The notes under the pieces are model-generated. The model searched no databases and was not told the origin of the DNA. It worked only from the letters and a program-made list of their open reading frames with translations. Positions 32,443-41,179 of a stretch of DNA of 64,000 bases are shown here, one piece after another. The translations under genes were made by a program, and so were the position numbers. Source of the DNA: an uncultured Acidobacteriota bacterium (GTDB lineage: Bacteria; Acidobacteriota; Thermoanaerobaculia; UBA5066); assembly GCA_963779415.1 (NCBI GenBank), contig CAVZYA010000002.1, forward strand, positions 256,001 through 320,000, written 5' to 3'. Positions within the stretch are counted from its first letter, which is position 1, and every line of letters starts with the position of its first letter.

Positions 32443-34113
32443 ATGATGCGACCCGTACTGCCATTCCTGATGACATCCCTCCTCCTCGTCCCAGATGTCT
32501 CGATTGCCCGGGATGTGACCGAAGGCGCGAAGAAGCCGACCGGAGCCCCCGCGGTCGTGCTTCAGATAGACCCACGGCTGATCGCCGAAGCGGCGGAAGT
32601 ATGGGCTTTGATCGCGGCGCCGAAGAACCCCGTCTGGCCCGGCTGGGATGCGACGAGCACCCCGATCCTGTTCTACCTGCCCGGCGAACAGGACGTCCTC
32701 ATCAATCATCCCCGACCGCCGGAGGGATTCGCCGATTATCGCGGGCCGGTCCGGTTCCCGGGGGGGCGCATCGTGGTCCGCGGCAAGCCCACGATCCTCA
32801 ACTGGGACGGCCAGAACACATCGCGCGACATCGAAGGAATCCCGACCCTGGTCGTTGCCGACGCTCTCTCGAACCTGAGGGCGCAGCTCCGGGGTCTGTT
32901 GGAGGATCCGCGACCTGCGGCGGAGAAGGTCAAAGGACTCGGTTTCTCCCAGGTGGCTACGGACCCCTATGATCAGCTCGCTCTCATCGCTCATGAGGCG
33001 TTCCACGTCTTCCAGCAACGGGAGGCTCCGGCGAAGCAGGCCAACGAGATGCTGCTGCTGCACTACCCCGTACTCTCGGTGGAGAACAACGTCGCCTTTG
33101 CACAGGAGGGTCTGGCGCTCGCCGCGGCTCTCCGGTCGGAAGCAGACACGGCATTCCGAGCAGCCGTCGTGCAATGGATGGCGCTTCGACGGCTGCGCAG
33201 ATCCGGGCTCCCGTCCGAGGCGATCGAGTACGAGAACGGAATCGAGTTCGGCGAAGGCCTTGCCAAATACGTCGAATACCGGCTGCTCGAATCGCTCGAA
33301 GGTCGGACCCCCCGCCCGGAAATGTGGTGGGTCCAGGGATTCCACGGCTACGGCGATCTGGCTTCCCGCCGCTCCGAACTCGTCGACAGCATGCTCCGAC
33401 AGATGCGCGGCGAGGTTTCGGTCAACAATGACCCATACGGAACCGCCCCTCTCCGAATGAGACTCTACTACTCAGGCATGGCGATCGCCGCCCTGCTCGA
33501 CCGGCTTTCCACGAACTGGAAGGAGCGAATCCTTGAGCCCGGGGTCTCCCTCACGGATCTCGTGGAGGGGGCCGTCCGCATCACGCCGGACGAGGTCCGG
33601 GCCGCGCTCGAGGAAGCGCGACGGGCAGACGGCTACGACGCGCTCGTCGCCGCGAAGAGACGGCTCGCGTTGGAAGGTCGAGCCCGGATCGACGCGATGC
33701 TCGGTCAGATCGAACAGGGCACAGGTACAGGCATCATCGTGGACTACGGCGCACTCGAATCCTCCCGGGTCGCGATGGCCTTCACACCGTTCGGCATCAC
33801 CGCCGTGGACGAGGATCGGACGATCTACGCGCAGGTTCCGATCCGGGCCCGCTTCGCCGACGGCTCGGAGGTCGCGCAGACCGAGCCGTTGCCTCTCCTC
33901 CATGACAAGAAGCGCAAGCTGATCCGGTTCCGGTTGTCAAGGGAGCTGTCTCCAGAGGAGGTCGCCAAGGCGACCGGCAGCGGGCGAGTTGCCTCACCGG
34001 AGGTCCGCAAACTGAAGCTCGACTTGCCCGAGGCGGCGGTGACTTCCGAAGATGCGTCGGTTCACCTGGAGGGAAGGGATCTTCGGATCGTCCTCAAAGC
34101 TCCTCGAAATTAG
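32443..34113 (+). CDS. Secreted protein with HExxH zinc-metallopeptidase-like motif
   Basis: Signal-like N-terminus; 'IAHEAFHVFQ' followed by 'EGLAKYVE' (gluzincin-like third ligand). Confidence 0.7.
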   Translation: MMRPVLPFLMTSLLLVPDVSIARDVTEGAKKPTGAPAVVLQIDPRLIAEAAEVWALIAAPKNPVWPGWDATSTPILFYLPGEQDVLINHPRPPEGFADYRGPVRFPGGRIVVRGKPTILNWDGQNTSRDIEGIPTLVVADALSNLRAQLRGLLEDPRPAAEKVKGLGFSQVATDPYDQLALIAHEAFHVFQQREAPAKQANEMLLLHYPVLSVENNVAFAQEGLALAAALRSEADTAFRAAVVQWMALRRLRRSGLPSEAIEYENGIEFGEGLAKYVEYRLLESLEGRTPRPEMWWVQGFHGYGDLASRRSELVDSMLRQMRGEVSVNNDPYGTAPLRMRLYYSGMAIAALLDRLSTNWKERILEPGVSLTDLVEGAVRITPDEVRAALEEARRADGYDALVAAKRRLALEGRARIDAMLGQIEQGTGTGIIVDYGALESSRVAMAFTPFGITAVDEDRTIYAQVPIRARFADGSEVAQTEPLPLLHDKKRKLIRFRLSRELSPEEVAKATGSGRVASPEVRKLKLDLPEAAVTSEDASVHLEGRDLRIVLKAPRN

Positions 34114-34134
34114 CCAGGCCGGTGCGGCCAAGCC

Positions 34135-34247
34135 TGCCAATATGTGGTTCGAAGAAGCCGCGCGTGGCATGACCCTTCCGCCTGACCTGCCCTGGTGTTG
34201 CTCGCGTTCCTCGCCGCTTTACTCTTGCGCCCGCGCTATCGTCCCTC
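34135..34247 (+). mobile_element. Degenerate attC-like site
   Basis: TGCCAAT-atgtggttcgaag just after the upstream stop, ending GCTATC-GTCCCTC shortly before the next ATG. The TATCGT ending matches the other sites, but both core boxes are mutated. Confidence 0.35.
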
Positions 34248-34260
34248 CTGGGTCGTCGCC

Positions 34261-34623
34261 ATGTACGCCCTCCTTGCCGACACCGTAGCTATCGTCCACT
34301 TCCTTTACGTCGTCTTCGTGATCGCGGGAGGGGTGCTGGCGAGTCGGTGGCCGAAGGTGGCGTGGGTACACGTTCCGGCGGCGGTCTGGGGCGTGCTGGT
34401 CGAGGTGATGGGGTGGGAGTGCCCGCTGACACCGCTGGAGGACCATCTCAGGATGCTCGGCGGAGCGGCGGCGGCGCAGGAGGACTTCGTCGCGCGATAC
34501 CTGCTCCCGGTTCTCTATCCCGAGCGACTGACGCCCACCGTTCAGCGGGGCCTCGGTGCCTTGGTCGTCGCCGTGAACGTGATCGTCTACGCCTTCGTCA
34601 TCCGGAGGCGCCGGGCGGCATGA
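34261..34623 (+). CDS. DUF2784-family membrane protein (cassette)
   Basis: LAD...VHFL..VFV..GG, H.PA..WG, CPLTPLE, F..RY...VLYP motifs. Confidence 0.9.
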   Translation: MYALLADTVAIVHFLYVVFVIAGGVLASRWPKVAWVHVPAAVWGVLVEVMGWECPLTPLEDHLRMLGGAAAAQEDFVARYLLPVLYPERLTPTVQRGLGALVVAVNVIVYAFVIRRRRAA

Positions 34624-34624
34624 G

Positions 34625-34649
34625 CGCGCTGAACGGCGTATCGTTAGTG
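34625..34649 (+). mobile_element. Right half of an attC-like site
   Basis: GCGCTGAACGGCGTATC-GTTAGTG; shares GAACGGCGTATCGT with the site ending at 35033. Confidence 0.55.
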
Positions 34650-34668
34650 CCTCCGGGGACGTGCACTC

Positions 34669-34979
34669 GTGAACCCTGAATCCTTGCGCCTCGCAGACTG
34701 GTCCGTCTCGGTCCGCGGCTCGTCCCTGAAGCGGCTTCTTCTGGTCACGTCCGGATTCGAGAATTGGCGCCTGACGCCGGACTCGATGAGCTTTGCGGAC
34801 CTCGCCTTTCATCTGATCGAGGCCGACGAGTGGCTCTTCAGGAAGCTGGCTGAACCTACACTGGCACCCATCGTCCCTCTCGCGGTAACCTCGATCACGA
34901 GATTCACCACCGAGGTCAGCTCGTGGCGTGGCTACGGGCGGCAGGCCTCGCTCCCCAGACTCCGGCAGTCGGCGTCTAA
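34669..34979 (+). pseudogene. DinB-family protein, internally deleted/frameshifted (cassette)
   Basis: N-part W......MSFADLAFHL; C-part LDHEIHHRGQL in another frame. The TAA stop lies inside the attC R'' box GTCTAAC. Confidence 0.75.
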
Positions 34980-35033
34980 CCTCTCGCCGCGACCGACTCG
35001 CTTCGCTTGCCGCCGAACGGCGTATCGTGAGCC
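34974..35033 (+). mobile_element. attC-like site
   Basis: GTCTAAC-ctctcgcc...cgcttcgc...gccgaacggcgtatc-GTGAGCC, 60 bp; R' is mutated GTT>GTG. Confidence 0.6.
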
Positions 35034-35057
35034 GCAGCGGAGAGAGCGGATCGCGAC

Positions 35058-35564
35058 ATGGCTCGGCACCCGCCATACATCTGGATTCTTCTCCTCGCCG
35101 TCTTGCTCGTGAACGGCGCGCTGTCCGTTGCCGTCGTGCGCGTCTTCCGGCTCCCGGCCACCTTCACCGCACCCGCATGGCTCGCCTGGTCTGTCGGCGG
35201 CCTTCTGATTCTGGTCGGCATGGCGACTTACGGTTTCGCTATGCGCCACCTGTCCCTGCGCCGGGCCTTCGGCACCGAGATCTACGCTTCTCCCGCAGAG
35301 TCCGTCCTCGTCACGACAGGTCCATACGCCTGCGTCCGCAACCCTCTCTATCTCGGTGCCACTATCGCCCTGATCGGCTGGATCCTTCTGCTCCGCTCCG
35401 TCATCCTTACGGTCGCAACCGCCCTGATGATCATCCTCTTCGTTTTCGTCGCGAAATGGGAGGAGCGAGAACTCCTGTCGCGGCTCGGCGACAGGTACGA
35501 CGCCTATCGGCGTGCTACGCCCCTCTTCGTTCCACGCCTGCCGGGCCGCACGCGCCGCGGTTGA
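35058..35564 (+). CDS. Isoprenylcysteine carboxyl-methyltransferase/PEMT-family membrane protein (cassette)
   Basis: LVTTGPYACVRNPLYLG, EE..L...G..Y..Y...TP.F.P motifs. Confidence 0.9.
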   Translation: MARHPPYIWILLLAVLLVNGALSVAVVRVFRLPATFTAPAWLAWSVGGLLILVGMATYGFAMRHLSLRRAFGTEIYASPAESVLVTTGPYACVRNPLYLGATIALIGWILLLRSVILTVATALMIILFVFVAKWEERELLSRLGDRYDAYRRATPLFVPRLPGRTRRG

Positions 35565-35582
35565 GCGGGGTGTCGGGCGGTC

Positions 35583-35677
35583 GATGCACCTCTCGCGTGG
35601 CCGCCCCACTGACCGGGCGTACTCGCCCGTTGCGGCGCCCTCGCTTGCGCTCGGCCGTGAAAACGCTATCGTTACGC
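35583..35677 (+). mobile_element. Degenerate attC-like site
   Basis: GATGCAC-ctctcgc parallels GTCTAAC-ctctcgc; ends GCTATC-GTTACGC shortly before the next start. Confidence 0.5.
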
Positions 35678-35693
35678 GCCGGGGGCGACTTCC

Positions 35694-36146
35694 GTGACTT
35701 CCATCGAGCTTCAGGAGTATCTGCATCGACACTTTCCCCTTTCCAGGGCGATGCAGGTCGCCGTCCTCCGGGTGGATGAAGAGGGTGTGATTCTGAGCGC
35801 GCCTCTTCCACCCAATATCAATCAGACCGAGACCGTCTTCGGAGGAAGCGCCTCCGCGGTTGCCATCCTCGCCGCATGGTCCCTGCTTCACACACGCCTC
35901 CGAAGCCCCGGCGTGGCCCGACGCCTCGTCATTCAACGCCACACCATGAACTTCGATTTTCCGATCTCCGGCACTTTCACGGCGCGCGCTTTCATCACGC
36001 AGCCTGCAGACTGGCCCCATTTCGCGCGAGTGCTCGCGCGGAAGGGCCGTGCCCGAATCACGGTTTCCGCCGTGCTCGAGTACGGCGGGAAGGTCGCCGC
36101 CTCTCTCGAGGGCGCGTTCGTCGCGATGGGCCCCCAGGAGGCCTGA
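35694..36146 (+). CDS. YiiD C-terminal-like hotdog thioesterase
   Basis: L.YLH.HFPLS.AM.V, APL..N.N...T.FGGS, LAAWS motifs. Confidence 0.9.
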   Translation: MTSIELQEYLHRHFPLSRAMQVAVLRVDEEGVILSAPLPPNINQTETVFGGSASAVAILAAWSLLHTRLRSPGVARRLVIQRHTMNFDFPISGTFTARAFITQPADWPHFARVLARKGRARITVSAVLEYGGKVAASLEGAFVAMGPQEA

Positions 36147-36180
36147 GTCTTCGTGAGGTGCCCTCCGATCGAAACGCGGT

Positions 36181-36399
36181 ATGGCCCGGAAGAACGGGAT
36201 TACTGACGGGTTCGTCACGCTCCGGAGCCCCCGGCACGTCGACATCAGCGCCGACCGTGCCTATGTCGTCGTTCCCGCGGACTACACGTTCAAGAAGAAC
36301 GGAAAGCCGGTCAAGGAGACCGGCTCCACGTTGACCCTGGCTCTTCAGAAGAGCGCGACAGGCTGGCGCATCACGGCATGGGCCTGGGCAAAGCACTAG
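36181..36399 (+). pseudogene. C-terminal fragment of an NTF2/SnoaL-like protein
   Basis: DRAYVVVPA.YTF..G..V.E.G...T.AL.K...GWRI..W.W; the N-terminal part appears to be missing. Confidence 0.55.
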
Positions 36400-36454
36400 G
36401 CCCCGCAAAGCCAACAGCGTAGACTCGATCCACGGTTCAGCCAGAGGGCTGCTG

Positions 36455-36664
36455 ATGACCGGCAAGGTGGTCAAGGTGGATGCGGCGGCCAAGACCTTTA
36501 CCGTCGTCTCGAAAGGGAAGCAGCTCACCTTCTCCGCCCCGAAGCAGAAGGGCCCTCTCTCCAAAGTCGGGTCTATCGTCGACATCACCTATACACAGCC
36601 GACGCCCGGCGGGCCGCTGCAGTCGATCAACCTGAACTCCTCGAGGTCGAACACCTTCTGGTAG
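36455..36664 (+). CDS. Small OB-fold-like hypothetical protein, possibly 5'-truncated
   Basis: TGKVVKVD...KTFTV...G..V.ITY pattern; good codon usage. Confidence 0.45.
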   Translation: MTGKVVKVDAAAKTFTVVSKGKQLTFSAPKQKGPLSKVGSIVDITYTQPTPGGPLQSINLNSSRSNTFW

Positions 36665-36856
36665 GCGGTCGTCTCGAGTCGAGGCATATCGACGACCCCG
36701 GTGCTTCCCTCCGCGGTTCACGGTCGGTTGGCCCCGACTGCAACCTTTGGCCGCTCAAGCAACTTGAAAGCCTCTCTTCCGGCTCTACCTTCTTAGACGG
36801 CCTTCTCTCGAGGAGGCGGCGTCTGATTCACTGGAATCAGCCAGGAGGAACTTCAC

Positions 36857-37306
36857 ATGTCGAATGCCAAGCCCACTCCCGGCCCCTGTAACCCCGCCTG
36901 CACCAGCGTCATCAAGTTCCTGACCGGCCACGCCCTGCCGCCGAGCATCGGAATCAGCGTCGGGTCCTACGCCAACATCGACCACTACCGCCACCTCAAC
37001 GTCTTTGTCCGGTTCAGCCAGGTCGCGGCTGACGAGCCCCCCGTCGATCTCGGGGTCATGTTCGCGTTCGACGCGGCCGGCGACATGGGGGCACGCCGGT
37101 ACGCCAATCTCGAGGAGAACGCCTCCGGCCCGCAGAGCACAAATTTCATCGAAGTCTCCGGCCAGGGGAGCTGGCACGGCTCTCCGCACAACATCAGCAG
37201 CTACATCGCGCGATTTCCTGTCATGGGGCCCTTCGTCCAAGTCTTCGTCTACAATCGCGCTTCCATCGCGAGAACCGTCACCGTCTGGGGTTATCTCGTG
37301 TCGTGA
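36857..37306 (+). CDS. Hypothetical beta-rich protein
   Basis: AGGAGG RBS; 149 aa with strong GC3 bias. Confidence 0.7.
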   Translation: MSNAKPTPGPCNPACTSVIKFLTGHALPPSIGISVGSYANIDHYRHLNVFVRFSQVAADEPPVDLGVMFAFDAAGDMGARRYANLEENASGPQSTNFIEVSGQGSWHGSPHNISSYIARFPVMGPFVQVFVYNRASIARTVTVWGYLVS

Positions 37307-37398
37307 GGGACGGCATGCCGTCATCTCCCGGCCATCGGGACCGCCTTCACTGATCGGCGCCGGGCGCTAAGATCAGCGGCGTGCCGAAGGGGGACGCC

Positions 37399-38343
37399 AT
37401 GGCGGAACTTCACGTGATCTTCGGGTCCGGGCAGGTGGGCACTCCGCTTGCGGCACGGCTTCTCGCCGAAGGGAAGCGTGTGCGCGTGGTACGCAGGTCG
37501 GCCGGGGCCGTCGCCGAAGGGGCCGAGACGCGGCGCGGGGATGCACTGGATCCCATGTTCTGCGCCGAGGCCGCGATGGGGGCCTCCGTCGTCTACCACT
37601 GCATGAACCCGGCCTACTCGACCTCCGTCTGGACCGAACAGGTTCCGCGGTACATGGAGAACCTGATCTCCGCGGCCGGGAAGGCCGGGGCGCGGCTGGT
37701 CGTCCTGGACAACGTCTACATGCTCGGGAAACCCGCTGGCCGCCCGCTGGGCGAGGAGACGCCCATGAACCCCTGCAGCCGGAAGGGGGAGATCCGCGCG
37801 CGGACGGCCGAGCGTCTCTTCGACGCACACCGAAAGGGAGAGGTGCGCGCCGTCGTCGGCCGCGCGTCGGATTTCTACGGCCCCGGAGGCGGGCTGACAT
37901 ACCTCGGGGACTACTTCTGGAAGCCGGCGCTGAAGGGAAAGACGATCCGGATTCCGATCGACCCGGACGCCATTCATACGTACCACTACATCCCGGACGT
38001 CGCGTCTGGCCTCGCCGTCCTCGGCTCCGCCCCCGACGACGCCCTCGGACGACCCTGGATGCTCCCCTGCCGGCCGGCGGAGTCGCTCCGGCGTCTCGCG
38101 GAGCGCCTCGCCCGCCATCTCGGCCACCCGATCAAGGTCTCACGCGTCCCGCCACTCCTTCTCTCCGCGCTGTCACTCGTCGTCCCGCTCGTTCGGGAGC
38201 TGCAGGAGATGGCTTACCAGTGGGACGAGCCGTTCGTCGTGGACGATCGCCGCTTCCGCGAGCGCTTCGGCCTTGCGCCGGCCGATGCGGAAGATGCGGC
38301 GCGGGCGACCGTGGAGTGGGCGCTGGCGGCCTACCCGGCCTGA
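37399..38343 (+). CDS. NAD-dependent epimerase/dehydratase-like (atypical SDR)
   Basis: VIFGSGQVG, GDALD, DNVYMLG, KGEIR, RASDFYGP, YIPD motifs. Confidence 0.9.
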   Translation: MAELHVIFGSGQVGTPLAARLLAEGKRVRVVRRSAGAVAEGAETRRGDALDPMFCAEAAMGASVVYHCMNPAYSTSVWTEQVPRYMENLISAAGKAGARLVVLDNVYMLGKPAGRPLGEETPMNPCSRKGEIRARTAERLFDAHRKGEVRAVVGRASDFYGPGGGLTYLGDYFWKPALKGKTIRIPIDPDAIHTYHYIPDVASGLAVLGSAPDDALGRPWMLPCRPAESLRRLAERLARHLGHPIKVSRVPPLLLSALSLVVPLVRELQEMAYQWDEPFVVDDRRFRERFGLAPADAEDAARATVEWALAAYPA

Positions 38344-38383
38344 TACGACCGAGACCTTGGCAGCATCCTTTGTCGGCCAAACG

Positions 38384-38396
38384 TAAGTTGTTGATA
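38384..38396 (-). promoter_or_regulatory. IHF-consensus site
   Basis: The reverse strand reads TATCAACAACTTA, matching WATCAANNNNTTR, in an AT-rich patch upstream of repeat copy 1. Confidence 0.45.
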
Positions 38397-38567
38397 AGCA
38401 ACGATTTCGCGCCGCCGACGTTTTCTCGGGTCTCTTTTCCCCCCGCCTCCGGAGTTTTTCCCCGGGGAGATGCGAACTCAAACCCCGGAATTCCCGGCTC
38501 TTGCCCGATGGAAAGGAACCTTGCGCGGGCCTACCTTACACACGTGAGCGAAAACAGGAGGCCGAAC

Positions 38568-38990
38568 ATGAGACAGCACGAAGGCGGAGACAAGGTTCCT
38601 GGCGGGTTCTACTGGAAGCAGAACAACTGGGAGATCGAGGTCGTCAAGGGAGACGAGGGGACGCTTCCGGGAAACGCCGACACCACCTACGTGCGGATCC
38701 CGACGGTGGCGATGCTCCTCGGCGCGCCGGTGATGGGCGGGCTTTTCGTGATCTTCCTCCCCTTCCTCGGCTTCGCGATGCTGGCCAACCACCTCGGCAA
38801 GAAGGCCTTCTCCGGCATGAAGCAGGCGGCCGACGAGATCGGCGCGGCGGTCGGCCCGGCGTGGCAGCCCGGCGAGGCCCGCTTCACCTCCAGGAAAAAG
38901 GCGAAGAAGGGCAAGAAGACCGAGAACGTCAAGGTCGACGAGAAGACGGAAGCCAAGGCCGAAGCCAAGCCCGAAGACGGGAAGAAGTAA
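38568..38990 (+). CDS. Small membrane protein, 140 aa (copy 1)
   Basis: AGGAGG RBS; V.GG.YW N-terminus, hydrophobic hairpin LLGAPVMGGLFVIFLPFLGF, PAWQPGEA, Lys/Glu-rich tail. Confidence 0.85.
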   Translation: MRQHEGGDKVPGGFYWKQNNWEIEVVKGDEGTLPGNADTTYVRIPTVAMLLGAPVMGGLFVIFLPFLGFAMLANHLGKKAFSGMKQAADEIGAAVGPAWQPGEARFTSRKKAKKGKKTENVKVDEKTEAKAEAKPEDGKK

Positions 38991-39020
38991 GCCCCCCCGC
39001 ATCCCGGGCGCGGATGCGGA

Positions 39021-39050
39021 GCCGCCCTGCCAACGCGGGGCGGCTTTGTT
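39021..39050 (+). terminator. Rho-independent terminator-like hairpin
   Basis: GCCGCCCTGC-CAAC-GCGGGGCGGC-TTTGTT, preceded by a second hairpin CCGCATCC/GGATGCGG. Confidence 0.7.
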
Positions 39051-39379
39051 GTTCAGGCCTTCGAGAGTCGAAGAAGATTCTTTCTGTCCAAGCCTGGCTA
39101 TCTCTTTCTGGCCCCTACGGCAACGTTCGGCCGCTCCGGCCACTTGAAACTTCGGCGCAGGGCTCCTAAGCTGGTAGATGCCTTTCATCAAGGGAGACGC
39201 GAGGGGAGGAAGTCCATCTCGGGACGCCCCCGCCGAAACAGGAGCCGGGCGCTGTCCGCCTCGGCGCGCTGGCCCCGGATTCACGCCGCAGCGCTACCGT
39301 CCCGCGCACGTCGGGGAGAAATGAGGCCTGACTCCACGTTTCGCTATTCCTGATGTCATGAAGATCACCTGGAGAACGC

Positions 39380-40231
39380 ATGAGAAAAGCGCGGCACCCT
39401 TCCACGGCGAGCCCCTTCGGGATTCTTCTTCTGCCCCTCGCGGCGCTGCTCTCCAGCGGATGCGTCACGTTCCCCGCCGTTCGGGCCGTCGCGAGCGCCT
39501 CCCAGCAGGCCTCTGCGCCTTTTCGGGAGATCGCCGCCGACATGCCGGCCTCCTGCCTGCGAGCCGAGGCCTACCGCCCGGCCGGCCTGGGTCCCGAGTC
39601 GGCGTGCACCACGCTCGAGAAGGTCAAGCCGTCCCTTCTCGACGTTCAGAACGTTCTCGACAACTACTTCGGCGTCCTGGGGCAGCTGGCGAGCAACCAG
39701 CCGGTCTCTTTCGACAAGCCGTTCGACCAGCTCACGGCTGCCGTAAAGGCCGGCACGAAGGTCCCCGCCGCCCAGATCGACGCCGTCGACAGCCTGGCGA
39801 AGTACCTCGCCGACCTCGCCACCCGGGCCATTCGCGAAGCCACCCTGAAGGACGTCATCGCCGCCCAGAATGGAAACGTCCAGAAGGTGCTCGAGGCCCA
39901 GAAGACGATCGCCGGAAACGACTATCGCCAGCTCCTCGAGAACGAAGACCGGGCCCTTCATTTCCATTTCGACGCGACTCCCCAGGACCGGGCACGGGAG
40001 CCCCTCGCCGTCAAGCTGGCCGAGGACCAGCTGCGGGAGAGGCTGGCCGTTCTGAAGACACGGCTCGCCGCAATCGACACGTACGAGAAGGCGCTCGACC
40101 GGGTCGCACAGGCCCATCAGCGCCTCTACGACCACCGAGACGATCTGAGCGCGAAGGACCTCGCCAGCGCGCTCTACACGGAGGCGAGGACGTTGATCGC
40201 CCTGGCGAACCAGGTCGAGAAGGCCTTCTAG
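39380..40231 (+). CDS. Predicted all-alpha lipoprotein
   Basis: Lipobox LSSGC after a hydrophobic stretch; amphipathic/coiled-coil helical body; a further Cys pair. Confidence 0.8.
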   Translation: MRKARHPSTASPFGILLLPLAALLSSGCVTFPAVRAVASASQQASAPFREIAADMPASCLRAEAYRPAGLGPESACTTLEKVKPSLLDVQNVLDNYFGVLGQLASNQPVSFDKPFDQLTAAVKAGTKVPAAQIDAVDSLAKYLADLATRAIREATLKDVIAAQNGNVQKVLEAQKTIAGNDYRQLLENEDRALHFHFDATPQDRAREPLAVKLAEDQLRERLAVLKTRLAAIDTYEKALDRVAQAHQRLYDHRDDLSAKDLASALYTEARTLIALANQVEKAF

Positions 40232-40255
40232 AAGACCCCGACGTGTGAGGACACC

Positions 40256-40645
40256 ATGCCGACGCTCCCCGCCGATGACGCCCGTGATCTCGCCCGCCAG
40301 TTCGGCGACCTCTCGTATGCCGTTCACGTCTATCTCATCGAGAACTGGAAGAAGCTGAAGCCGAGAGAACGCAGTCTCCTCGAGGCCTATCAGTGGAACC
40401 TCCTCGGTCTCTCGTCCGATCTCGTCGCTCAGGCGGTGACGGTGACGCTGCAGGACCTCGAGGCGACGCTCAAGAAGATCAACGACGCCACGACGAAGGC
40501 CCGGTCCGTCCTCAAGACCATCAAGGACGTCCAGAAGGCCGTCACCATCGTCGCGGCGGCCGCGGGCCTGGCCGCAGCAATCGCGACCGGGAACGCCGGG
40601 GCGATCGTCTCGGGCGTCGAGAACCTCGCGTCCACGCTGAGTTAA
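40256..40645 (+). CDS. Helical hypothetical protein with C-terminal hydrophobic hairpin
   Basis: GAGGA RBS; heptad-like helix followed by VTIVAAAAGLAAAIATGNAGAIV. Confidence 0.8.
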   Translation: MPTLPADDARDLARQFGDLSYAVHVYLIENWKKLKPRERSLLEAYQWNLLGLSSDLVAQAVTVTLQDLEATLKKINDATTKARSVLKTIKDVQKAVTIVAAAAGLAAAIATGNAGAIVSGVENLASTLS

Positions 40646-40665
40646 GTACCCGTCAAGGAGACACA

Positions 40666-41112
40666 ATGAAAGCCGCATTTGGTGGTCTGATCGCAGTGGT
40701 TCTCCTCGGAATCTACGTTCATCTTCTACGCCTTGCTTACCTCGTCGTGAACTGCATGAACACGCCGGGGTGCACGGTCTACCCCGCCGACTATTTCAAC
40801 GACCAGATGGCACAGGCGTTGTCTCTCATTGGCGGGCTCGTCTCGGCCCTCGTCATCGCCGAGCTGGCGATCACGAAGCCTGGTGAGGCGCCCGCCGCAA
40901 GGGCCCTCGCGGAGAATGCGTCGGATAGGACAAAGGGCATTCTCAAGATCGTTACTGCTTTCTACATGGTCATCTGGATAGTCGCGGGATTAGCGGCCTT
41001 CTTCATCGGCCTCTATCATCCGAAAAGCCTTCCGGCCATCACGACCACTGGCCAAGCGTGGCTCGGCCTCGCCGTGGCGGCTGGGTACGCGTACTTCGGC
41101 CTGAAACCCTAG
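40666..41112 (+). CDS. 4-TM membrane protein, 148 aa
   Basis: AAGGAG RBS, ATG 40666; four hydrophobic segments; GGLVSALVIAELAIT.PG and 'WLGLAVAAGYAYFG'. Confidence 0.85.
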   Translation: MKAAFGGLIAVVLLGIYVHLLRLAYLVVNCMNTPGCTVYPADYFNDQMAQALSLIGGLVSALVIAELAITKPGEAPAARALAENASDRTKGILKIVTAFYMVIWIVAGLAAFFIGLYHPKSLPAITTTGQAWLGLAVAAGYAYFGLKP

Positions 41113-41179
41113 TAAGAAGGCTACTTCCACGGAAGGAACCAGTACCCGCCGCATCGGACCCCCCTGGGAGGTCAGACCG

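Larger units (their letters stand above)
38446..39153 (+). repeat. Long direct repeat, copy 1 (upstream region + gene + terminator + diverged tail)
   Basis: Aligns with 44855-45564; the CDS is near-identical and the flanks are more diverged (e.g. GGCCGCT.CGGCCACTTG.AA in both tails). Confidence 0.92.

Noticed and set aside
38509-38524. Sigma54 promoter TGGAAAGGAACCTTGC before the repeated gene
   Set aside because: The GG-to-GC spacing is 11 nt rather than the required 10, and the -12 element is not kept in copy 2.
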